From positions 1 through 32,930 of IMG/VR virus record IMGVR_UViG_3300032272_000048: a stretch of DNA of 32,930 nucleotides; one strand, written 5' to 3'. The notes under the pieces are model-generated. The model was not told the DNA's origin. It made no database searches and saw nothing but the letters and a program-made list of their open reading frames with translations. Of the stretch, positions 1-9,680 are shown in pieces. The stretch is from a virus. Lineage: Duplodnaviria > Caudoviricetes. Position numbers and translations under genes: made by a program. Positions within the stretch are counted from its first letter, which is position 1; each line of letters begins with the position of its first letter.

Positions 1-3000
1 TTTCCAGTCAAATCATCTAACTGAATTTGATAGTGCTTGGTTACTGCTTTAACAAACTTTTCATCCGCTTCTAAATCAAATCGGTGTAAATCAGTTTTTG
101 CAAATCTTCTGACAATAGGGTCAACTTTTTTATTTTTCAGTGCAGGTGCAATACCTTGTGATTGTAACCATTCATATTCGAACGCTGATGATCTTTGTAG
201 ACTCATAGCGCCATCACTTTCGGATAATGTTTGAATGTCTGGTTTACTCAATCCTAAGTTATCAGGGTCAAGTCTGTTGTATAAATCGCGAGACTTAACA
301 CGGTCGATATCATAAACAGCACGCGGCTGACGCGGTGAATAAATATCTGCATCAAATGTTCGTGCTTTTGAATCATTGAGTAATTTAGGATCAGCTAATA
401 AAGTCACTTCACCGAAACCTGAGAAGTCTGAAATATCAGATCTGGCTACAGCCAACGAAGGTGCGGCAAGACCACCCAGGTCACTTGCGGCAATGATATT
501 TTCAGATGACAAATTGTGTGCAACAAAAAGATTTTTTTCATCAACCGGCGATTGAAATAATGCTTTAGATTCATCGAAAGTTGTCAAATCAATAGTCTCA
601 CTAATGTGTTTTTCATCAGTAGTAATGACACCATCATAACCATCTGCAATTAAAGCTTTACTGAGTTTTTTACCAGTTTTACCACCATACTGTTTTGATA
701 GTTCTTCTTTCCATTTGATACCATTTGCAGGTACAACCAACGGATTATAAAAAGTTAAAGTTCCACCGATGAAACCGTTGTCAGCTTCATCAGATCTTTT
801 CTTTGATGCTACATTCACAAATCTCGCAGCAGGTTCAAAATCACGACCGAATGTGTCACCTTCTTCTGGTAATCCAAAAATACCAGTTGCAGATTCAGTG
901 TTGTGGGTAAAGTTAAAAGTGACAGGTTTACCCGTTTCAACTTTGTCAACATCACCTTCATCTTTTAATTGAACAGGTTCTATTTCTGATTGCGCTAACA
1001 AATCCCCGGACTCTTTGAAATCAGGATCAAATGCAGCATTGACTGATCGAATATTAGCAGGATCAAATACGACCACCTCATCTGATCCATCAGGCATTTC
1101 ACCTTTCAATATGATCCCATCATGACCTTTAACAATTAAGCTGGTCACATCTTCACCCAGGGGTAATCCAGTCTCAGATACGAATGGATTATCTAAAGCA
1201 ACATAGGCTGGTATTACATTCGGTGATTTACCATTACCCCGACCATCTAATCTGTCAGCTATGTCTGCAAAATTACTTGCCTGATCAGGACTATTGGTAA
1301 AATAAACGCCACCATTACCGGCCTTACCCACTTTTGTTTCCCGAAAAACATCAATATCATCTGCTGTACCATGATACAAAATTTGCTCAGTATCAAAACC
1401 CATATCAGCAGCACGTTGCAACCGGGCATCCTGTGACATGTCCAAACCTTTATCAACAGCCTGTTGCCATTCTGAAGCTTCAACAACATTCTCACCTTCA
1501 AACCCAGTTTCTTTAGCCTGGGTTAATATCTGATCACCCTCAAGTCGAGCACGTTCACCTGTTTGTGGACCTTCAATCACCAATCCTGAATTCTCATAAA
1601 CCTCTTTGACACCGATACCCTGACGCTGTGCTTGTGCAGTTGCCCATGCCGGTACAATCTGAGCCATGAAATTTGCATTCGCCTGGTTAACTTGACCGGT
1701 GTCAACCAGTTGATCGCGCACAGTGTTATAGATTTCCTGTGCCTCGACATACTGGCTACCACTTTCTTCAGCTTCATCGAGCAAACCTTGAACATAGTTC
1801 TGAGTATCTTTGGTGACCTGCTCCTGTCTGAACGTCGAATTAGTTTCGCTGTTCAGCGTCATGCTATCTTTCAACTGTGCATAGTGCTCAGTACCTGCAA
1901 TGTCAGTTGCAAAATCTTCAATTGGGATCTGGACATCAACACCAGTGTCTGATGACTCTTTTACCTTTTCCTGAAGCAATGACAATGCTTCATCATTTGA
2001 TATCTCGGCTGGTGTTTTGGTTTGCAGGTATAGTGATGCCTGGACGCTATCGATGAATACATCTGAGTCTTCTTCAGTGGCCACCTGAGCGACGAATTGT
2101 TTGAACGAATCCTTGCTTCGCTCGCGTGTGGTTGATTGACTAGCAGCAGCATCAAGTGCATCGAGCTTACGTTTCTGAATCTCTGCACCAGTTTCTTTTC
2201 CCTCCTCAGTTTTTGACAGTGCGTCAATGGTTTTTCTGATACCAGTAGCAACACCGGCTTGTGCGCCACCGGCCACCACGGTTGCAATTGCTGTGACCGC
2301 TTGTCGTTGCAATTGAATGTCAACTTTTTCATCTATGGTTTCAGCATTTTGAAGCTGTTCATCCAGTCCAAAAGCATAAGCATTCAGAGATTGCCCCAGG
2401 GTGGCCAGTTGCTCAGTACCCATTTCCTGAACCATGAACTTCAATGCTGATTTAGTCATCCCTGTACTACCACCTGTGATGATAGTCTCAAGGGTTTTAG
2501 TCGGTAGCATTTCTGTACCAACCTCAATGGCAGCATCGATACCGGCGAAGAATGAAGCTTTTTGTGGTGTGAGTCCTTCAGATCGTCCTGAGCCGTATGA
2601 ATCACCGAACGTCTGTAAACCCATAGTAGTCAGCAACGGTGCAGCACGACCACCTGAGAGCAGCATCAAGGCGAAACCAGGTGCCATAGTACCCAGTGAT
2701 TCAATACCGCCACGGACACCTTGCTCTAATGTGTTCAAATCGTCAGGTGTTAATTCACTGCGCGTTTCGTGCAACTCTCGAAGTTGACCCAGCATTTTTG
2801 TGGTCATTTCTTCTTTTGCTTTTTTCAGTTGGTCATCGGTGGTGATACCGAAATTAGCCGCGACATTTCTTGATATTTCGAAAGCTTCCATTTCCATGCC
2901 AATAGGCAATGCCGACATCGGCACAATATCTTGAATTCGATTTGAACTTAAATCGACACCGGCTAAACCCAAACCTGCACCTTGTGCTTCAAAACCAACA

Positions 3001-3365
3001 GCTATCGATTCACCAATACCTTCGAAGGTTTTACTGAAATTGAAAACATCCTCAATTGACTTGAGCACGTCGACATCATCCTGAGCAATGACCGCGTTAT
3101 CGTACCCCGTCAGAAATTTTGATGTTTTGGGGTTATCTTTCGCAAGATTGTTAAACTGGATCTTCCCCAGGTCAAATGAGTGTTTGACACTTTCATCAAC
3201 AGCAAAAGCGGGAACACCCGTTTCACCGGCCAATCTGACATCTTCAGCATGTTGGACTGGATTAACCTTCAAAGCTTCACTGAAGTTCGATTTGACTCGA
3301 TCAGGTTCGCTCTGGTCCTGATCCTCAATATTATCGATATCTATGAGATTTAAATTGATAGGCAT
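1..3365 (-). CDS. Large internal virion (DNA ejection) protein with polyvalent ADP-ribosyltransferase-like domains; 3' end outside the window
   Basis: Missing from the ORF track because it has no stop in the window. ATG at 3365 overlaps the upstream TAA (TAATG). Hand translation gives MPINLNLIDID..., then YHGT (1376-1365), GVYFT, GHDGII and EVVVFDPANIRSVNAAFDP (1079-1023) in frame. It is the last visible gene of the ejection cluster. Confidence 0.85.
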   Translation of the reverse strand, partial: MPINLNLIDIDNIEDQDQSEPDRVKSNFSEALKVNPVQHAEDVRLAGETGVPAFAVDESVKHSFDLGKIQFNNLAKDNPKTSKFLTGYDNAVIAQDDVDVLKSIEDVFNFSKTFEGIGESIAVGFEAQGAGLGLAGVDLSSNRIQDIVPMSALPIGMEMEAFEISRNVAANFGITTDDQLKKAKEEMTTKMLGQLRELHETRSELTPDDLNTLEQGVRGGIESLGTMAPGFALMLLSGGRAAPLLTTMGLQTFGDSYGSGRSEGLTPQKASFFAGIDAAIEVGTEMLPTKTLETIITGGSTGMTKSALKFMVQEMGTEQLATLGQSLNAYAFGLDEQLQNAETIDEKVDIQLQRQAVTAIATVVAGGAQAGVATGIRKTIDALSKTEEGKETGAEIQKRKLDALDAAASQSTTRERSKDSFKQFVAQVATEEDSDVFIDSVQASLYLQTKTPAEISNDEALSLLQEKVKESSDTGVDVQIPIEDFATDIAGTEHYAQLKDSMTLNSETNSTFRQEQVTKDTQNYVQGLLDEAEESGSQYVEAQEIYNTVRDQLVDTGQVNQANANFMAQIVPAWATAQAQRQGIGVKEVYENSGLVIEGPQTGERARLEGDQILTQAKETGFEGENVVEASEWQQAVDKGLDMSQDARLQRAADMGFDTEQILYHGTADDIDVFRETKVGKAGNGGVYFTNSPDQASNFADIADRLDGRGNGKSPNVIPAYVALDNPFVSETGLPLGEDVTSLIVKGHDGIILKGEMPDGSDEVVVFDPANIRSVNAAFDPDFKESGDLLAQSEIEPVQLKDEGDVDKVETGKPVTFNFTHNTESATGIFGLPEEGDTFGRDFEPAARFVNVASKKRSDEADNGFIGGTLTFYNPLVVPANGIKWKEELSKQYGGKTGKKLSKALIADGYDGVITTDEKHISETIDLTTFDESKALFQSPVDEKNLFVAHNLSSENIIAASDLGGLAAPSLAVARSDISDFSGFGEVTLLADPKLLNDSKARTFDADIYSPRQPRAVYDIDRVKSRDLYNRLDPDNLGLSKPDIQTLSESDGAMSLQRSSAFEYEWLQSQGIAPALKNKKVDPIVRRFAKTDLHRFDLEADEKFVKAVTKHYQIQLDDLTG

Positions 3366-5020
3366 TATTGTGTAGCCTGTCTGAATGCTTTGATTATGGT
3401 TTCTGCTGTCACTGGTTTATCATTGTCCCGTAGTAGGTTGACGATACTTTGCAAACTTTCATCACCGTGAGCATCGACGAATTGTGATAGTTCTGACACT
3501 TTAGATGCTTCAGTGTTACTCAGATCAATTTCAATGTCTGATGCTAAGAAATCGATCCCAGCGAAAGATCGTTGAATAACAAATCGACGACTGAAATCAG
3601 CAAGCACACTGTCAATTTCAGTCGGTGTTAACTTACCCTGTTTTAAATTTTCGGCTTCTTCGATGTCACTCTGAACAGCTTCCATTAAACTTTGAACCTT
3701 CGCAGTTTTCACCCGGTTGCCTTGCCAGCTTGACTTTTTACCGAAAAACTGTTCAGCAATTAAATTTACTTTTGATGAAACAGTTTGAATACTGGTTATG
3801 CTTTGACCCTGTTTCGCTTTATTAACAGCAGATCGAACCCGAGTTACATCAGCCGGGTTCAGATCACCGACCAAATCAACTGGGTTAACCTTGACCAATT
3901 CATCACGCGGCAATGACAATATAGTGTTGAGCTTAATCTGATCAGTCGTTGTGTGTTTACCTGCAAGCAGATTGTTACGCTGAAGTGACGACATCCCTTC
4001 CCAGGCTTCAGGTTGTTGTGCTTTAAATTCTTCAGCACTCCCACCATTATTAACGTGCTCGATACCTTGATTGTAAAACTCAGCTGATACTTCTTTTTCA
4101 GCTGTCTTCTTGCGATTGAATTGATTCATTGATTCAGTCATCGTCTTTTTACGAAGCTCTGGATCTTCAATTTTATTTACTTCGTTGATTATTTCAGATC
4201 GGGATTCAACATCGCGAACCAATCGACCAGCCTCAGAGATTGCCTGAATAGCATCACTCTGAGTCTTTTCAATTTTCTTCTTTCGTTCGAGTAGTTCATC
4301 AATCTTAATTTTGTCTGGACCTTCCAAACGATCACCGTGTTTCTCGATCGCAGCTTCACCATCAACAGAACTGCTGTTCAGAGCAGCAGTGATAATACTT
4401 TTCGCATAAACCGATTCAAATGTTTGCAGATTTTCGGCAATTGTCTCAGCACTGAGACCCTGCATTTCACCGGAATCTAACACTGACCCGCGACCCAATT
4501 CACGATTCACTTTAACTCGATCAGGGTCATTCCAGTACAGTGATCCTGATTCAATTGAATTTTCAATCTGTGATTCGAGTGTTGCAACTTCCCAGGCTTT
4601 CAAACCCTTAGCAGCATGACGCGATATATCGACACCAGCCCTGGTGATATGAACGTCAGCTGAACTATCAAACAGAATTCGTGCACCAGGCCCCAGTGCA
4701 TCACCATGTGTTTTTTTCAACTCTTCAAGATTTTTACTGATGGTAGCAGATTGATCATAAGCGTCACGTCCCTGGCTGTTGAAATAGCCTGTGTCCGGGT
4801 TGAAGAACAGGGCGTTTTTCTCACGTTCAAAACCAACCAAAGCTTCTTCAGCAGATGTGATATCAATACGCTGCTTAACCTTCTGTGCCGATAACGCCAG
4901 ATCACTGACAGCATTGATGACCTGACCACCGAAAGCACCTTCAGGGGCACCCTGTGCATTCGGCTGTGCTGCTGGATTAGTCTGTACCTGGTTCGGTTGA
5001 TATTGTTGTACTTTTGGCAT
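3365..5020 (-). CDS. Internal virion / ejection protein (551 aa, helical)
   Basis: Long helical ORF with an MPKVQQY start typical of epsilon15/BPP-1-like internal proteins. Lies between the small and the large ejection genes. Confidence 0.7.
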   Translation of the reverse strand: MPKVQQYQPNQVQTNPAAQPNAQGAPEGAFGGQVINAVSDLALSAQKVKQRIDITSAEEALVGFEREKNALFFNPDTGYFNSQGRDAYDQSATISKNLEELKKTHGDALGPGARILFDSSADVHITRAGVDISRHAAKGLKAWEVATLESQIENSIESGSLYWNDPDRVKVNRELGRGSVLDSGEMQGLSAETIAENLQTFESVYAKSIITAALNSSSVDGEAAIEKHGDRLEGPDKIKIDELLERKKKIEKTQSDAIQAISEAGRLVRDVESRSEIINEVNKIEDPELRKKTMTESMNQFNRKKTAEKEVSAEFYNQGIEHVNNGGSAEEFKAQQPEAWEGMSSLQRNNLLAGKHTTTDQIKLNTILSLPRDELVKVNPVDLVGDLNPADVTRVRSAVNKAKQGQSITSIQTVSSKVNLIAEQFFGKKSSWQGNRVKTAKVQSLMEAVQSDIEEAENLKQGKLTPTEIDSVLADFSRRFVIQRSFAGIDFLASDIEIDLSNTEASKVSELSQFVDAHGDESLQSIVNLLRDNDKPVTAETIIKAFRQATQ

Positions 5021-5560
5021 TTAGTCCACCAGGGGATATGAAACAGCACCGCTGCTGTGGGTAATCGCACCAGTTTTTGCGGCACTATTAGGTTTCAACC
5101 ACTTATCAGCAACACCTGAATCAAGGATATTCGCAGTACCACCGAGTATAGTTGCTGTCGCATTGTTATTTCCCGCTACCCCGGCGAAATCCGCCTGTTG
5201 AGTTAACAAAGCAGATTGAGTTTGCAGTGCACTAGCCCTTGAATCAGTGTTGCTTCTGATCCTGAGAGCATCAGCTTCACCCTGAAGTAGTGTATCTTCT
5301 TGAAGTTGGAAAGCTGAACCAGAAGTCAGATCGACATTGTTAGCGGCCAACTGAGCACGTTGTTTCGATACGAATTGATTGACTCTATTTCGATGTGCAA
5401 TCTCAGCCTCAGTACCAGCCGCACGTTCTTCTTCGGCCTGGTTTTCAGCAACCCTGGCATTATATTTACCAGTGTCCCTTTGAAACCTACCTTGATCCCT
5501 TTGATTTTTAGCAGCAAATAATGTCGATGCTGCCATCACAGCTAATGTAGGACTACACAT
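5021..5560 (-). CDS. Small internal virion protein (T7 gp14-like position)
   Basis: Likely start MCSPT at 5560. Ala/Gln-rich with QRAQLAANNVDLTSGS motif. Directly follows the GNAT gene. Confidence 0.7.
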   Translation of the reverse strand: MCSPTLAVMAASTLFAAKNQRDQGRFQRDTGKYNARVAENQAEEERAAGTEAEIAHRNRVNQFVSKQRAQLAANNVDLTSGSAFQLQEDTLLQGEADALRIRSNTDSRASALQTQSALLTQQADFAGVAGNNNATATILGGTANILDSGVADKWLKPNSAAKTGAITHSSGAVSYPLVD

Positions 5561-6023
5561 AATCCTGTCTCTCGATGTGGAATTTATGGAACATAGCACC
5601 ATTAAACCCGTATTTTTCAGGTTCCTCAATAGTAAAACCGATTCTTTTCAACCATCGGATACTTTCATAGTTCTCAGAATGCACCCAATTATACAACTTT
5701 GAACATCGATTAAGCATTTCATTCATGACTTGTGGGACCAATTTGACGAATTGACGCTTGTGCTTCAATGCTGTATCAGTACCCAACAACCATGTAACAC
5801 CCATTCCTGACAATATATCACTGACGACTAAACCCAGCATGACACAAGGTTCATCATCAACCACGACCACAGCAGAGAAATCAGATCGATCCCAACCATC
5901 GATTAAAGCTTTGATCGGTGTTTGTCTTCTGGCTTCCCAAATTTCATTGATATCAGCTTGTCGCATATCACGCGCTATCGCCTTGATCAGGTTCATATCA
6001 GGTTCGACAAATTTAACTACCAC
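5553..6023 (-). CDS. GNAT-fold protein, internal virion protein A-like (T7 gp13/DUF2833-like)
   Basis: Motifs MRQADINE, WLLGT, LYNWVHSENYESIRWLKRIGF. Probable GTG start at 6023 overlapping the nozzle gene end; the track ORF starts at 6119. Confidence 0.75.
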   Translation of the reverse strand: MVVKFVEPDMNLIKAIARDMRQADINEIWEARRQTPIKALIDGWDRSDFSAVVVVDDEPCVMLGLVVSDILSGMGVTWLLGTDTALKHKRQFVKLVPQVMNEMLNRCSKLYNWVHSENYESIRWLKRIGFTIEEPEKYGFNGAMFHKFHIERQDYV

Positions 6024-8343
6024 CGATGTCGACCCTTGGGGTAACCGATAAAATAGCCAATGGTAATGGTGATCTTTGCTCAATTCGAACGCCGCCGCTA
6101 TCACCCCATTGAGGATCAATGACTACTTCTTGCTTATAAGTTTTAAGGCTCAAAGTGTCATAGTTATCAGATTGAAATCTCGGTGTAATTTCTTGAAATG
6201 TAATCGACTGACCACTGTTAGCATCTTGCCTGGTACCGACGAAACCACCGCGTGATTTTTCAACATGGATGAAAACTTTTGATACTGAAACAGATAGTTC
6301 CTTTAGACCTTCACCGGCTGATGCAGTATCAATATCTAGTAGTTCAATAGCAGGTGTATATGGTAAGCCGACATGAACTTTGGAAGCTTCATTGACCAAA
6401 GTTATAGCGCCAGAAGCAACCACATGACCTGTCACTTCATTACCATCTGCGAGAACAGCAACCGCTTCACCCTCCAAATGGTCAAGACCACTGATGACCG
6501 TCGCAGCAGCACCGTCATAAGTCAACCCTGAGTCAACATAAAAACAATCCTCAACAACTTCAATTTCACGTGGTTCTAATCGTTCGACGTATCTTTTGGT
6601 GCCACCGTCAATTGTTCGTTTAACAGTCACATAAACAGCATCACGATTGTCTTCACTAATTACAGCGACTGACTCAAACTGACCATCTGTTGTGTGCTGA
6701 TGCCAACCCCATACTTCATGCTCACGAAGGTAAGTCAATCCAAGTAAAACACCATCATCACGAACACACCACAAAATACCATAAGGTTCATCTGAATAGG
6801 CCATGTCAACTATCTGATTATTTTCAAATAGATGTTCTGACATAATCGATAAATCATTACCTGTGTATTTGTCACTACTAAATTCATAGGCTAAATCACG
6901 TATCCGAGCATTCTTCTCTTGAAGATACAATGCTGTTGAATTGATAATGACTGGTTTCACCCAGGATGCACCGTTATAAGATTGTATTCTGGCACCTGCA
7001 TTTGCCGGTGTAAGCACTTTATCCTGACCATCTGTAACTACCCATTCACCACCTGATGTCAGCAATATAAGTGAATCAAGTGACAATATGTGTCTTATCT
7101 CATTCACCTGTTTTGCTACAATTGTGAAAGTAATAGCATCATCATCGCGTGCAGGATTAGATGTTCGAAGTGATTTGAAGTTACCAATTTGCGTGGTGAA
7201 AACTACTTGAGGTTCATTTGTCGTATTGGCAAAAATTTGACGCTGCTGATGATATTCAACAGTTGCTGGTTTGTTGTCTGACCCGGAAAAAGGTTGTCTG
7301 TCAGAGGGTGGTGCATCACTCGTTAATGGTGCAATGTTATAATCATCAAATGTATTGTTTTTTGAATCACCAATCCAACCATAAACATCTGTATCAACAG
7401 AATCTTCTTTATAAATTCTATAATAATCAGCACCGAATACTACATCCCAAGAAATACGAAGACCACCTGTTTGACTCAATGAGTCTGAAATAGTAGATAT
7501 TTTTCTTGATTGTAGAGATTCGACACCTGAGCTATCAACAGCAGTAATCACATATGCATAGGTTTTTTTAAAAGTACCGAACCCATCACCTACTTTTGAA
7601 ATTACAGAATCATCACTCCCAACCCAACCATCTGAAACATAAGTTGTATATGAACTTGAGTCTTCATTATCAAGTTCAAAAGTTGTAGCAGTTAAGACAG
7701 TGATGTTGAAAACTCGATTATTTAACTCAGTCATCCCAACTATAGTATCCAGTTTTTTAACATCACCAGTAGTAAAACCATGGGCAACACTAGTTGTCAC
7801 CACGGCAGGATTTGCTTTTGTAACATTGGTTATATTATGAGTGACAATAGTTGGTGTAACGGGTGGCGCAACAGTTGCAGCATAATCAACATCAGTCAAT
7901 GTCCAATTATCATCAGCCAATCGATTCAGATTAGCAGGGTCATGATCAGGATGAGTGATAGTCATAACATCTGCTGATTGAGTGTATCCAAGTCTGAATA
8001 GATCAGCCTCAGTGTAAGGTGTCACAAGCTCAAAAAGAGCAGGGCCACCCCCATTAAGGACAAAACCACCATCCTTGATGACTCGAACTTTCAAGTGCTC
8101 GAACACAAGCATATAAGTTTGAAGGGTATTAAAACTGAAGGGTATTAATTTGGCTACGCGAGTTTGATCATCCTGCTCACCGATGAAACGAAAACCTGGT
8201 CGAGAATAAACACCACCTTGAGCACGAACGAAGAAATTTTCACACAGGTTTAACCCTGTGGCATATTTTAATATATCAGACCGAGCCTGTAATGCGGGTG
8301 CAATTTCACCGGAGGTAAAACTGCGTTGTGTAATTTGAGCCAC
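6013..8343 (-). CDS. Tail tubular protein B (nozzle)
   Basis: 776 aa with QRSFTSGEIAP...RPG N-terminus, QSADVM, HQQR, WHQHTTDG, GLDHLEG and QRSPLPLAILS. Follows tail tubular protein A. Confidence 0.9.
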   Translation of the reverse strand: MAQITQRSFTSGEIAPALQARSDILKYATGLNLCENFFVRAQGGVYSRPGFRFIGEQDDQTRVAKLIPFSFNTLQTYMLVFEHLKVRVIKDGGFVLNGGGPALFELVTPYTEADLFRLGYTQSADVMTITHPDHDPANLNRLADDNWTLTDVDYAATVAPPVTPTIVTHNITNVTKANPAVVTTSVAHGFTTGDVKKLDTIVGMTELNNRVFNITVLTATTFELDNEDSSSYTTYVSDGWVGSDDSVISKVGDGFGTFKKTYAYVITAVDSSGVESLQSRKISTISDSLSQTGGLRISWDVVFGADYYRIYKEDSVDTDVYGWIGDSKNNTFDDYNIAPLTSDAPPSDRQPFSGSDNKPATVEYHQQRQIFANTTNEPQVVFTTQIGNFKSLRTSNPARDDDAITFTIVAKQVNEIRHILSLDSLILLTSGGEWVVTDGQDKVLTPANAGARIQSYNGASWVKPVIINSTALYLQEKNARIRDLAYEFSSDKYTGNDLSIMSEHLFENNQIVDMAYSDEPYGILWCVRDDGVLLGLTYLREHEVWGWHQHTTDGQFESVAVISEDNRDAVYVTVKRTIDGGTKRYVERLEPREIEVVEDCFYVDSGLTYDGAAATVISGLDHLEGEAVAVLADGNEVTGHVVASGAITLVNEASKVHVGLPYTPAIELLDIDTASAGEGLKELSVSVSKVFIHVEKSRGGFVGTRQDANSGQSITFQEITPRFQSDNYDTLSLKTYKQEVVIDPQWGDSGGVRIEQRSPLPLAILSVTPRVDIGGS

Positions 8344-8348
8344 AAAAT

Positions 8349-9005
8349 TTATCTCCTGACCGTTATGAATTCACTTTCAACAGGTTCTTCATAATCTTCA
8401 TTGAAGTCATTCGCCATCGCAGATGACATGTAGTTTTGATAAATTGATAGTGAGTCACTACGAAGCTGACGACCTTCCTTTACACCTACAATAGGAACCG
8501 CTAATTCAGAGGCGAGAAGATGTGACAAAGCCATCACAAAGGTGGATGTGAACAATTCAGGATTAGTGGCATTTTTCGTGTAGTCAATATGCAAACCTGA
8601 TTCATTGGCGCCGATTAATTTCACATCGTCAAAATTAAAAATCTCGTGTGGGATTCTGTTTCGAAAACTACTGATGGGAAGTATTTGACTGTCGATCAAC
8701 CTGGATATGACATCAGCATCGGCGTTGGCCAGTTCTTCTTGTTCACCGATGAGACGATTGATCTTCTCACAGTCATTCGGGTAAACATAAGTGAAAGCCC
8801 AGTTGAAAATCTCAGTGGCTGAACTGGCGAGAGCTGCAATCGTTCTGTTAAACCCCCAGGCAGTTTCACTCAACATCATGTCACGAACTAAAGGGTATTT
8901 CAGCTTGCATGTTTGAGCTTGCAGACTACCTTCATTTAAATCATTGATTGTGCCACCACGGATGTTAGACAATGCAAGCTGACAAATTTCAACTTCAGAA
9001 GTCAC
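8349..9005 (-). CDS. Tail tubular protein A (head-tail adaptor)
   Basis: 218 aa with EICQLALSNI, WGF, YVYPNDC and FVMALSHLLASELA. Directly upstream of the nozzle gene. Confidence 0.85.
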   Translation of the reverse strand: MTSEVEICQLALSNIRGGTINDLNEGSLQAQTCKLKYPLVRDMMLSETAWGFNRTIAALASSATEIFNWAFTYVYPNDCEKINRLIGEQEELANADADVISRLIDSQILPISSFRNRIPHEIFNFDDVKLIGANESGLHIDYTKNATNPELFTSTFVMALSHLLASELAVPIVGVKEGRQLRSDSLSIYQNYMSSAMANDFNEDYEEPVESEFITVRR

Positions 9006-9316
9006 GCTGAACCATCACCATATAAACGAATGGCCATGTCATCTGTCTCTCTGGAAACTTTCACAGATGTCAATTGTAACCTAACAGATTTGCTATTATG
9101 ATCCTTGCTACTGTGTTCATGCTTACTGTCAACAAAAGCATAGCCACGAACCTCAACGACATCGCCGACAGCTAACGCACCAATACCCAAATCATCAACA
9201 AGTTCGTCATCGAAACTGATACCAGTACCATATGGATAATAATCGCCATCTGAACAACAGGTCAAACCATTGGATGACTCCGCCTGTTTTTTAATTTTGA
9301 CCTGATCTTCGGGCAT
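9002..9316 (-). CDS. Putative capsid staple/decoration protein (epsilon15 gp10-like)
   Basis: YPYGTGISF...LGI..LAVGDVVEV...SVRLQLT pattern; located in the head-tail cluster. Confidence 0.55.
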   Translation of the reverse strand: MPEDQVKIKKQAESSNGLTCCSDGDYYPYGTGISFDDELVDDLGIGALAVGDVVEVRGYAFVDSKHEHSSKDHNSKSVRLQLTSVKVSRETDDMAIRLYGDGSA

Positions 9317-9328
9317 GATAATTAATCC

Positions 9329-9616
9329 TTAAAGGGTTTCAACAACAGGATCAGAAGAAGGTGCTGACTCACCGGCGCCAAGGAAACTGGCATTAGCAAT
9401 ATCAGCATTATCAGACTTCGCTTTCGCTTTCGCAGCTTTCGCAGCAGCTAATCGCTTTTTCTTTGCAGCAGCAGTTTCAGCAGGCATTTCACACAACCAC
9501 GAAGGCATTTCACCTTTCTTGAAAGGTTTGTCAGTATGCAGAGTTTTCCGCTTACCAAGTGGATCATAAAGACGACCCTCAAAAAAACCTCGTGCTTTGA
9601 CTCTATACTGTGGCAT
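9329..9616 (-). CDS. Hypothetical protein of the head cluster
   Basis: 95 aa ORF with GGAGA RBS and a Lys/Ala-rich segment; syntenic after the cement gene. Confidence 0.7.
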   Translation of the reverse strand: MPQYRVKARGFFEGRLYDPLGKRKTLHTDKPFKKGEMPSWLCEMPAETAAAKKKRLAAAKAAKAKAKSDNADIANASFLGAGESAPSSDPVVETL

Positions 9617-9636
9617 TTCTCTTTTCTCCGAATATT

Positions 9637-9672
9637 AAAAAAAAGATAGGGCAACATCCATATTGCCCTATT
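9637..9672 (-). terminator. Intrinsic terminator after the cement gene
   Basis: Stem ATAGGGCAA (9646-9654) / TTGCCCTAT (9663-9671) with an A8 run on the + strand, i.e. a U-tract on the - strand. Confidence 0.8.
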
Positions 9673-9680
9673 TCGTTGCT

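Noticed and set aside
1-3364. Apparent 3.3 kb gap with only short ORFs, suggesting recoding or a pseudogene
   Set aside because: It is one open minus-strand frame that lacks a stop inside the window. The short track ORFs are shadows.
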